Notes under the pieces: model-generated
Seen by the model: only the letters and a program-made list of their open reading frames with translations
The model's database searches: none
Told to the model about the DNA's origin: nothing
Part shown: one piece after another, positions 56,656 to 64,000 of the stretch
Position numbering within the stretch: the first letter of the stretch is position 1
Layout: the number at the start of each line of letters is the position of its first letter
Made by a program: the position numbers and the translations under genes
Assembly: GCA_902801025.1 (NCBI GenBank)
Contig: CADCGZ010000012.1
Location: forward strand, 29,830-93,829
DNA: 64,000 nucleotides
From: an uncultured bacterium
GTDB taxonomy: Bacteria > Verrucomicrobiota > Kiritimatiellia > RFP12 > UBA1067
Direction: 5' to 3'

Positions 56656-57939
56656 TTACTTGACGGGTTCGAGGCGTTCCTTGCCGCCCATGTAGGGGCG
56701 AAGCACCTCGGGAATCGTCACCGAGCCGTCGGCGTTGAGGTGCTGCTCGAGGAGCGCGACAACGAGGCGCGGGAGAGCCACGCCAGAGCCGTTCAGCGTG
56801 TGGACGAGTTTCGTCTTGCCGTCGGAATCCTTGAAGCGGCAGTTGAGGCGGCGCGCCTGGTAGTCGGTGAAGCAGCTGCACGAGCTGACTTCAAGCCACT
56901 GCTGTTCGCCAGGAGCCCAAAGCTCGAGGTCGTAGCACTTCGCGGCCGAGAAGCCCATGTCGCCCGACGAAAGCATGATGACGCGGAACGCGAGGCCGAG
57001 TCCCGTAAGGACTTCCTCTGCTTCCTTCACAAGCGTCTCAAGCTGCTGGAACGAGACGGACGGATGGACAAAGTTGACCATCTCGACCTTGTCGAACTGG
57101 TGGACGCGAAGCATGCCGCGCGTCATCTTGCCGGCAGACCCCGCCTCGCGGCGGAAGCACGGCGTGTAGGCCGTGAGCTTGACGGGCGTCTCGGGCGTGA
57201 TCTTCGGGAGGTTCACGCCGTCGAAGATATCGTCGCGGTAATAGTTGGTGACAGGCACCTCGGCCGTCGGGATGAGCCAGAAGTCGTCGATCTGGCAGTG
57301 GTAAAGGTCTTCCGCAAACTTCGGGAGCTGGCCAGTGCCGGTCATCGAGTCGCTGTTCACGACGAACGGCGGCAGCATCTCGGTATATCCCTGCTTCTGG
57401 CAGTGGAGGTCGAGCATGTACTGGATGAGCGCGCGCTGGAGCTTCGCGCCCTGACCGAGAATCACGGGGAAGCCCGTGCCCGTGAGCTTGACGCCGCGCG
57501 GGAAGTCGAAGATGCCGAGTTTTTCGCCGATCTCGATGTGCGTCGGGATCTTGAAGTCGGGGTCCTTCCACTCGCCGACCATCCTGACGACCTTGTTCGT
57601 CGAGCTGTCGGGGCCGGTAGGAATCTCGGCCGCGGGGATGTTCGGGATCATCAGAAGCGTCTCGCGGAGATCGACGTCTACTTGCGCGAGTTCGCGGTCG
57701 ATCTCGGCGATGCGGTCACCAACCTTGCGCATCTCGTCCTTCGCCGCGGCGATGTCGCCGCCCTCCTTCGCGATCTTGCCGATCTCCTTCGAGGCGGCGT
57801 TGCGCTTCGCCTTCAGCGTCTCGGTCTCGGCGATGAGTGCGCGGCGCTTCGCGTCGAGGTCCTTCGCCTTTTGCAGTTTCTCGATCTCGACTCCGCGGCG
57901 GCCAAGCTCGGCCGCAGTCGCGTCGAATTCATCCCTCAG
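56656..57939 (-). CDS. serS: Serine--tRNA ligase (no ATG/GTG/TTG at the 5' end; CTG at 57939 proposed)
   Basis: LIPTAEVP, CFRREAG, RVHQFDKVE, EVSSCS and HTLNGSG motifs. The frame stays open upstream of the track start through the coiled-coil arm. Confidence 0.92.
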   Translation of the reverse strand: MRDEFDATAAELGRRGVEIEKLQKAKDLDAKRRALIAETETLKAKRNAASKEIGKIAKEGGDIAAAKDEMRKVGDRIAEIDRELAQVDVDLRETLLMIPNIPAAEIPTGPDSSTNKVVRMVGEWKDPDFKIPTHIEIGEKLGIFDFPRGVKLTGTGFPVILGQGAKLQRALIQYMLDLHCQKQGYTEMLPPFVVNSDSMTGTGQLPKFAEDLYHCQIDDFWLIPTAEVPVTNYYRDDIFDGVNLPKITPETPVKLTAYTPCFRREAGSAGKMTRGMLRVHQFDKVEMVNFVHPSVSFQQLETLVKEAEEVLTGLGLAFRVIMLSSGDMGFSAAKCYDLELWAPGEQQWLEVSSCSCFTDYQARRLNCRFKDSDGKTKLVHTLNGSGVALPRLVVALLEQHLNADGSVTIPEVLRPYMGGKERLEPVK

Positions 57940-57994
57940 CTTTCGTTCCTTCGGCGGCCTCCCGCCGCTTTAGACGGAAATTATACCATATTTC

Positions 57995-59293
57995 TTAGTG
58001 CCTAAAGCTGCGCTGGCCGGTGAAGACCATTGCAACTCCGGCGTCGTTCGCGCAGTCGATCACGTCCCAGTCGCGGATCGCGCCACCGGGCTGCACAACA
58101 GACGTGATTCCCTGGCGAATGCCGACCTCGAGTCCGTCACGGAACGGGAAGAACGCGTCAGAAACCATCGCACAGCCAGGGAGCCCGCCCTTCTCGGCCT
58201 TCGTCTGCTCCATGATCTCCGCCTGCTTCTTCGCGCCGTCGTCCTCGCCGAACTTGAGGCGGAGGTCGTTGAACGGAAGCTGGTACTTCTCCCACGCGAT
58301 CCAGTCGGCGTGCTTCGTGTACGCCTTGTCGCGCGCAATCTCCGCGACGCCGACGCGGTCCTGCTCGCCAGTGCCGATGCCGACCGTCGCGCCGTCCTTC
58401 ACGTAGAGGACGGAGTTGGACGTTACGCCCGCCTCGACAAGCCAGCCGAACACGAGATCCTCGTACTCCTTCGCCGTCGGGAGGCGCTTAATCTTGTGCT
58501 CTTCAAAGGTCACTTCGCCCGTCGCCTTGTTCGTGATCTTGCGGTTGCAGTAGGCGGGCATGAAGTCCTCGGGCTTGCGGGCGTTCGCGCTGAACGACGT
58601 CTGCGCGACAATGCCGCCGTCGATCAGCGACTTGAAGTCGACGACATGTTTCGCGACAAAGTCGGTAAGGCGCGCCATGTTCTTGATGCGGAAGACGCGC
58701 AGGTTCTTCTTCGTGGCGAAGAGATCCATAACACCTGGCGCAAAATCGGGAGCGACGACGACCTCAGCGTAGTTCTCGACGATGAGCTTCGCCGTCTCCA
58801 TGTCGCAGTCGCGGTTAAGCGCAATCGCGCCGCCGAACGCAGCGAGACGGTCGGCCTTGTTAGCGCGGAAGTACGCCTCGGCGAGCGTGGAGCCAGTCGC
58901 AACGCCGCACGGATTGTTGTGCTTGACGATGACGGCGCAGGGCTTGTCCATCAGGTAGCGGAGGATATTGAGCGCGTTGTCCGTGTCGGTGACGTTCGTC
59001 TTTCCGGGATGCTTGCCAGACTGGAGAAGCTCTGGAACGGATGCGAGGAACTGACCTGGCTGAAGCATCTCGACGTCGCCAAGGACGAGGTTGCCGTTCA
59101 CAAGCTTGTAGAGCGCGGCTTCCTGGCCGGGGTTCTCGCCGTAGCGAAGACCCTTTTCCTCGCCGCCGATGTTCCACGTCACCTTCTCGTAGTGGAAGGT
59201 CTGGCGGTTTGCACCGTCGATGAACGAAATCTCCATCGAGGGTGCAAAGTGGTCGGCCTCGATCGTCTTGTATGCTTCCTTCAGGTCTTTCAT
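57995..59293 (-). CDS. purH: AICAR transformylase-domain protein (PurH-like, lacking the N-terminal MGS/IMPCH domain)
   Basis: LRYGENPGQ, VKHNNPCG, AFGG, SDAFFPFRD, QPGG and RSFRH motifs. Confidence 0.85.
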   Translation of the reverse strand: MKDLKEAYKTIEADHFAPSMEISFIDGANRQTFHYEKVTWNIGGEEKGLRYGENPGQEAALYKLVNGNLVLGDVEMLQPGQFLASVPELLQSGKHPGKTNVTDTDNALNILRYLMDKPCAVIVKHNNPCGVATGSTLAEAYFRANKADRLAAFGGAIALNRDCDMETAKLIVENYAEVVVAPDFAPGVMDLFATKKNLRVFRIKNMARLTDFVAKHVVDFKSLIDGGIVAQTSFSANARKPEDFMPAYCNRKITNKATGEVTFEEHKIKRLPTAKEYEDLVFGWLVEAGVTSNSVLYVKDGATVGIGTGEQDRVGVAEIARDKAYTKHADWIAWEKYQLPFNDLRLKFGEDDGAKKQAEIMEQTKAEKGGLPGCAMVSDAFFPFRDGLEVGIRQGITSVVQPGGAIRDWDVIDCANDAGVAMVFTGQRSFRH

Positions 59294-59318
59294 GGCTTTT
59301 TTGTTTTTAGGTTTTTTA

Positions 59319-59356
59319 TTTTAACGCAGAGTCGCAGAGACGCAGAGAACGCGGAG
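59319..59356. repeat. CTCTGCG-type short tandem element, copy 4 (inverted)
   Basis: ttttaacgcagagtcgcagagacgcagagaacgcggag. Confidence 0.75.
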
Positions 59357-59359
59357 TGT

Positions 59360-60730
59360 TTACGGTGCGAAGGCGTCGCCTGCGAAGAGGTTGCGCGAAA
59401 CGCCATTGAAGTAGAACTCCTGGCCGGTTGCGTCGAGGACGCTGCGCCAAGACTGGCCGTCGGTATCGAGCTTCTGGCGCTCAATCGTCGCAAGCGCGAT
59501 CGGCACGAGCGCGAAGCTCTCGCCGATGTTGCCGACAACGCAGTCGGTGCGACCGGCCATCGCGGCGTGAACTGCGGCGCGCGCAAGCTCGTAGCAGCGA
59601 ATCGCATCGGTGCCGCGCGCGGGGCAGCTGCGAATGATGTAGCTCGGGTCGATATACTTGACGCTCGCGTTGAAGCCCTTTTCCTTGAAGTGCGCGGAAA
59701 TGCGGCGCTTCAGGAACTCTCCGATGTCCTTCTTGAGAATGTTGCCGCTCGCATCGCGCTCCTCAGCGCCTTCCATCAGTTCCTGGCCGGCGCCCTCGGC
59801 GGCAACAATGACGGCGTGGGATTTCCCTGCTGCGAAGCGGCGCTCGAGCGCCCTGAGAAGCCCGCGTTCGCCTTCGAGCTCGAACTTTACTTCAGGAACA
59901 AGGCAGAAGTTCACGACGGGATTCGCCACCGTCGCGGACGCGGCGATGAAGCCGGAGTCACGGCCCATGAGCTTCACGAGGCCGATGCCGTGGGGCGTTC
60001 CCTTCGCCTCAACGTGTGCGCTCCTGATGACCTCTGCGGCCTGCGCGACCGCGCTCTCGAAACCAAAACTGCGGCCTACGAACATCAGGTCGTTGTCAAT
60101 CGTCTTCGGGATGCCGACGACGGAGATCTTTAGCCCGCGCTTCAGCACTTCCGCGGCAATATCGCTCGCGCAGCGCAAGGAGCCGTCGCCGCCAATGCAG
60201 AAGAGGACGTTGATGTTCATCCTCTCGAGCGTGTCGACCATCACATCCGCCGGCTGCTGGCCACGGCTCGAACCGAGAACCGTGCCGCCCGCCTCGTGGA
60301 TCGTGTCCACCGCGTCGGGGTTGAGGAGCATCGGCTCGTAGCCATACTTCGGGTTGAGCCCCGCGTAACCATAGCGGATGCCAAAGACCTTCTTTACGCC
60401 GTAGTCAAACTCGAGGATCTCGACAAGCCCCTTGATGACCGTATTGAGCCCCGGGCAGAGCCCGCCAGCCGTCACGATGCCGACGCGCGTCCAACGCGGG
60501 TCGTGGAATATCATTTCCTTTGGCCCCGCCTTTTCGAACGTCGGCATGTGCCCGAGCTTCGTCTCGGCAAAGCGCGCATACGACTCGCTTTCCGTGGCGA
60601 AGACCCGCTCTCCTTCCGCGACATACTTGCGGTGGCGGACGGGCGACGGCAACTTGCAGGCCCCGAGCGTCTTTACAGTGCAGACAAACTTCTCGCGGTC
60701 GGACAGTATCTTGTCGAGTATGGCGGACAT
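59360..60730 (-). CDS. pfkA: ATP-dependent 6-phosphofructokinase
   Basis: GGLCPGLN, GGDG, PKTIDND, MGRDSGFIA and YIDPSYIIR motifs. Confidence 0.93.
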   Translation of the reverse strand: MSAILDKILSDREKFVCTVKTLGACKLPSPVRHRKYVAEGERVFATESESYARFAETKLGHMPTFEKAGPKEMIFHDPRWTRVGIVTAGGLCPGLNTVIKGLVEILEFDYGVKKVFGIRYGYAGLNPKYGYEPMLLNPDAVDTIHEAGGTVLGSSRGQQPADVMVDTLERMNINVLFCIGGDGSLRCASDIAAEVLKRGLKISVVGIPKTIDNDLMFVGRSFGFESAVAQAAEVIRSAHVEAKGTPHGIGLVKLMGRDSGFIAASATVANPVVNFCLVPEVKFELEGERGLLRALERRFAAGKSHAVIVAAEGAGQELMEGAEERDASGNILKKDIGEFLKRRISAHFKEKGFNASVKYIDPSYIIRSCPARGTDAIRCYELARAAVHAAMAGRTDCVVGNIGESFALVPIALATIERQKLDTDGQSWRSVLDATGQEFYFNGVSRNLFAGDAFAP

Positions 60731-60733
60731 GCG

Positions 60734-61720
60734 CTACCTCTTTGACTTGAAATAATCTATCGTCTTGGCGAGGCCGACTTTGAGCGGGACTTTCGGTTCC
60801 CAGCCAAGCAACGCCTTCGCAAGCGTGATGTCGGGCTTGCGGCGCTTCGGGTCGTCTTCAGGCAGTGGCTTGTAGACGATCTTCGACTTGGACCCGGGAA
60901 GCTGGCGAAGGGTCTCCTCTGCAAGCTCCTTGATCGTATACTCGCCGGGGTTGCCGGTGTTGATCACGGGCACGGCGGGCGTGACGCGCCCCTTCACCTT
61001 CTTGCCGCCGAAGAACGCCGCGATCTTCTTTGGCGAAAGATCCATATAGCGGCGAAACGCCTCGACGAGATCGTCGCAATACTGGAACGAACGCGTCTGC
61101 TTGCCGTCGCCAAAGAGCGTGATGTCACGGTTAGCGAGCGCCTGCATGATGAAGTTGGAAATGACGCGGCCGTCGTTCGGGTGCATCTTCGGCCCGTAAG
61201 TGTTGAAGATGCGCACCATGCGCACGTCGACGCCATACTGCCTGCGGTAGTCGGCGCATAGCGTCTCCGCGACGCGCTTCCCCTCGTCGTAGCAGCTCCT
61301 GACGCCGATCGTGTTGACGTTGCCCCAGTATTCCTCGACTTGCGGATGGACGAGCGGATCGCCGTAGATCTCGCTTGTCGAGGTGTGGAGCATCCGCGCC
61401 TTGGTCTTGAGCGCGAGCTCAAGCATGTTCATCGTGCCGAGCACCGAGCTCTTCGTCGTCTCGATTGGGTTCTTCTGGTAGTGGATGGGCGAGGCGGGGC
61501 AGGCGAGGTTGTAGATTTCGTCGAACTGCCCCCAGAACGGCTGCGTCACGTCGTGAAGAACGAACGAGAAGCGCTTGTCGCCAAGGAGCTCGTAGATGTT
61601 CTCCTTCGTGCCCGTGAAGAGGTTGTCCAGCGCCGTCACCTCGTAGCCATCGGCAAGCAGCCGCTTGCACAGATGGCTTCCGAGGAACCCCGCACCACCA
61701 GTTACCAATGCCTTTTTCAT
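60734..61720 (-). CDS. UDP-glucuronic acid decarboxylase (UDP-xylose synthase)
   Basis: [33 protein letters not shown] and IFNTYGP motifs. Confidence 0.93.
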   Translation of the reverse strand: MKKALVTGGAGFLGSHLCKRLLADGYEVTALDNLFTGTKENIYELLGDKRFSFVLHDVTQPFWGQFDEIYNLACPASPIHYQKNPIETTKSSVLGTMNMLELALKTKARMLHTSTSEIYGDPLVHPQVEEYWGNVNTIGVRSCYDEGKRVAETLCADYRRQYGVDVRMVRIFNTYGPKMHPNDGRVISNFIMQALANRDITLFGDGKQTRSFQYCDDLVEAFRRYMDLSPKKIAAFFGGKKVKGRVTPAVPVINTGNPGEYTIKELAEETLRQLPGSKSKIVYKPLPEDDPKRRKPDITLAKALLGWEPKVPLKVGLAKTIDYFKSKR

Positions 61721-61761
61721 TTCGTTGCAGCCAAGGTCTCGCGTAATGACGTGTCCGGTCG

Positions 61762-62169
61762 CTACTGCAGTATCAGGCACTGCGTGCGCACTTCGTGGCG
61801 GTTCACTATGAACAGGCTCCAGAAATAGTCGTTGTCGACCTTCGTGTGCAGCTGCGTAACGCGGCGCGAGCCGCCGACGCGGTCGAGCGCGTGCCTAAGC
61901 GAGAGCAAGTTGTTGTCGATCGTCGCCTCGTCCGCGAAAAACCGCACGTTGAATTCGTCCATAATATCCTCGTCGCCCTCGGTCCAAGGCAGACCTGTGC
62001 AAAGCGGGATTACGCCGAAGAGCTGGTAGGAGAAGTTCTGGGTGATGAACGTCGCCGCCGGCTTTTCGCCGTCGTTGGTCAAGGTATCGGAATCCCACCG
62101 CGCAATTTCGCTGTAGGAACTGCATCCCGCAAGCGCGAGAGCCACCGCCGCATAGAGAAACTTCCTCAT
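61762..62169 (-). CDS. Small lipoprotein
   Basis: LALAGC lipobox; similar to the neighbouring lipoprotein ([12 protein letters not shown] versus YHFLWTVPLFSG). Confidence 0.75.
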   Translation of the reverse strand: MRKFLYAAVALALAGCSSYSEIARWDSDTLTNDGEKPAATFITQNFSYQLFGVIPLCTGLPWTEGDEDIMDEFNVRFFADEATIDNNLLSLRHALDRVGGSRRVTQLHTKVDNDYFWSLFIVNRHEVRTQCLILQ

Positions 62170-62705
62170 TTCGCACCGCCTTTCTGTGTCTCAGATACCT
62201 CCTGCGACTCTGGTTGCGCCTTCTTCGGCACCAACACGCCGGACACGCCCATATGCGAAGAGCCAAAGAACAACCCGATGGCTCCGCCTTCGCTCACGCC
62301 GGCGTAAGAGGTGTCAGAATCGTCGAACACTATGTCAATCACGTCGCAGTTACGGCGCTCGGCGATCTTGAGCAGCGCGTTTTGCAACTCGTCCGCACCG
62401 ACCTGGTCGCTGAAGAGGCACGTGCCGCCGTTGATCGACTGCTTCTCCTCGTTCCAGCGCAGGTCGCCAGAAAAGAGCGGAACCGTCCACAGGAAGTGGT
62501 AACCGGTCGTCGTTATGTACACTTGTTCCAGCGGAGTGTCGTTCGCTCCCTTGTAATCTATGCTCGTGAGCGAGCCTGGCGTAGTCCTGTATACCGTGGC
62601 GCAGCCTGTCAAACCGACAAGCAACATCGCCATGATGCCAACAAGGGGAAGCGGCTTGTGCCGCACCTGCCTTGTCCCTGCTGAAGTGCATATTTTCGTT
62701 TTCAT
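62166..62705 (-). CDS. Small lipoprotein
   Basis: GLTGC lipobox; ATGA overlap with the downstream gene. Confidence 0.75.
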   Translation of the reverse strand: MKTKICTSAGTRQVRHKPLPLVGIMAMLLVGLTGCATVYRTTPGSLTSIDYKGANDTPLEQVYITTTGYHFLWTVPLFSGDLRWNEEKQSINGGTCLFSDQVGADELQNALLKIAERRNCDVIDIVFDDSDTSYAGVSEGGAIGLFFGSSHMGVSGVLVPKKAQPESQEVSETQKGGAK

Positions 62706-62807
62706 GTCGTATATTATACCACAATCTACCGCCTGTCATTTACCGCATAAGCGCTTTTTGTCTGCGGCAACTCACGGCCTCAGCCGCGTTCGAGGTGGCC
62801 GCCGTGC

Positions 62808-63281
62808 CTATTTTACCTCGGGATGCGGCACGGAAATCGGCGTTCCACTCTGCGAGACATAGTACATGTCAAGGACCACGGTCTTGTCGCCGCGGTTCTC
62901 GCCGTGGTGGATTGCGCCGACCATCTCGACGACGGCTTCCCCGGCGCGGACGGTCTTCTCCTTGCCGTCAAGTCCGATGATCGTGAGCTCGCCCTGCTGC
63001 ATCATGCCATAGTTCATGACAGGATGGTGATGCCACCCGAGCTTGCTGCCGCGCGGGAACACATAGCGCTTCACGATAAGCTCCGGCTTGCCGACTGGAT
63101 AGTCTGGCAGCTCCGCGCCGTCCCAGCTTTGCGACGTCCGCGCGAGTTCAAACGTCTGGACCTCCTTGACGTCGTCGTATTTGGCAAACGGGGCGTCGGT
63201 GCGCGGCGACGCGCATCCAGCCACAATGCCAAGCGCTATCGCGCCAATAAACCGCATGCTCTTTGATCCCATCACGTTCAT
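62808..63281 (-). CDS. Cupin-domain lipoprotein
   Basis: VAGC lipobox, GWHHHP, GEL and HHGEN motifs. Confidence 0.85.
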   Translation of the reverse strand: MNVMGSKSMRFIGAIALGIVAGCASPRTDAPFAKYDDVKEVQTFELARTSQSWDGAELPDYPVGKPELIVKRYVFPRGSKLGWHHHPVMNYGMMQQGELTIIGLDGKEKTVRAGEAVVEMVGAIHHGENRGDKTVVLDMYYVSQSGTPISVPHPEVK

Positions 63282-63288
63282 GCCTCCT

Positions 63289-63786
63289 TTACGCCTGATG
63301 GATGCGGTCGTTCGCTGCGGCTACCTTGGCGCGGAGCTCTTCCTTGTGGGCGCGGAACTTCTCGCGAAGGCCGGCGTCCGCCGTGCCGAGGATCTGCACC
63401 GCGAGAAGCGCGGCGTTCGTGGGGCCAGCCGAGCCGACGGCGACAGTCGCGACGGGAACGCCAGAGGGCATCTGCACGGTCGCGTAGAGTGCATCGAGTC
63501 CGTTCAAGGCACCGCCCGCGACGGGAATTCCGATGACAGGGAGGACCGTCGCCGCGGCAAGTACGCCGCCGAGATGCGCCGCGCCGCCGGCGGCCGCGAT
63601 GATGACCTTGAGCCCGCGCGACTCGGCGGTCTTCGAATACTCAATGGCGACATCGGGCGTCCTGTGCGCGGAGATTACGCGCGTCTCGTAGGGAACGCCA
63701 AACTTGTCGAGCGTCTCGCACGCCTTCTTCACAAGCGGCCAGTCCGAGTCCGACCCCATCACAATTCCCACAACTGCGTCTGCCAT
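63289..63786 (-). CDS. purE: N5-carboxyaminoimidazole ribonucleotide mutase
   Basis: [21 protein letters not shown] and [10 protein letters not shown] motifs. Confidence 0.98.
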   Translation of the reverse strand: MADAVVGIVMGSDSDWPLVKKACETLDKFGVPYETRVISAHRTPDVAIEYSKTAESRGLKVIIAAAGGAAHLGGVLAAATVLPVIGIPVAGGALNGLDALYATVQMPSGVPVATVAVGSAGPTNAALLAVQILGTADAGLREKFRAHKEELRAKVAAANDRIHQA

Positions 63787-63816
63787 ATCGTCCTTCCTTT
63801 CCTTGGTAATTAAAGA

Positions 63817-64000
63817 TTATTTCAGCGGCGCGGCAGGATTGCCGAGCACCGTGACGCCTGGATCGACGTCGACAAAAACGGCCGAGCCAGCCCCGACAAC
63901 TGCTCCGGCGCCTATCTTGCGGCGCGGCGCGACGACTGAGCCAGGATATATCACAGCCCCTTCCCCGACCTTCACGGCGCCGCCAACCGAGCACTGCGCG
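63817..64000 (-). CDS. Hexapeptide-repeat acetyltransferase (NeuD/PglD-like), 3' end only
   Basis: Manual translation: ...VKVGEGAVIYPGSVVAPRRKIGAGAVVGAGSAVFVDVDPGVTVLGNPAAPLK-stop. Confidence 0.8.
   Translation of the reverse strand, partial: AQCSVGGAVKVGEGAVIYPGSVVAPRRKIGAGAVVGAGSAVFVDVDPGVTVLGNPAAPLK

Noticed and set aside
171-64000. Many long overlapping ORFs in the track (e.g. 1149-2753 +, 7966-10149 +, 42892-44847 +, 55933-58005 +, 57998-60133 +, 16527-18059 -)
   Set aside because: They are antisense or frame shadows of recognisable genes, expected with strong GC3 bias, and show no protein motifs.

Overview
High-GC bacterial chromosome segment with almost all genes on the minus strand. 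The surface-protein repertoire and the repeat types suggest a Kiritimatiellae/PVC gut or rumen lineage (inference). Left to right: nusA-infB-fmt; an ABC permease/ATPase pair; a ~15.6 kb accessory block (2,841-aa and 858-aa modular surface proteins, an AAA/DUF4143 ATPase, three low-GC ORFs, a ~350-nt structured leader and a palindrome cluster); a MurC-like ligase; a beta-CASP nuclease; an 11-gene DeoR-linked sugar catabolic locus; gmd/fcl; a clan GH-A glycosidase; a two-component system; an esterase; GH16; a 1,338-aa surface protein; an M14 peptidase; an outer-membrane beta-barrel; serS; a purH-like gene; pfk; UDP-GlcA decarboxylase; two lipoproteins; a cupin; purE. Strongest candidates for new biology: (1) the long leader with two crossing helices in front of the surface-protein block; (2) sharp codon-composition mosaicism between repeat scaffolds and putative binding domains in those proteins; (3) an unassigned sugar pathway with the same three-box operator at two promoters; (4) at least six apparently leaderless genes; (5) serS with no canonical start codon; (6) palindromic and short-repeat elements inserted in frame in enzymes; (7) a promoter-leader-signal-peptide cassette shared by two unrelated genes. 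No tRNA, rRNA, CRISPR array, transposase, integrase or reverse transcriptase was recognised. All calls are from reading the sequence by eye; no searches were run.
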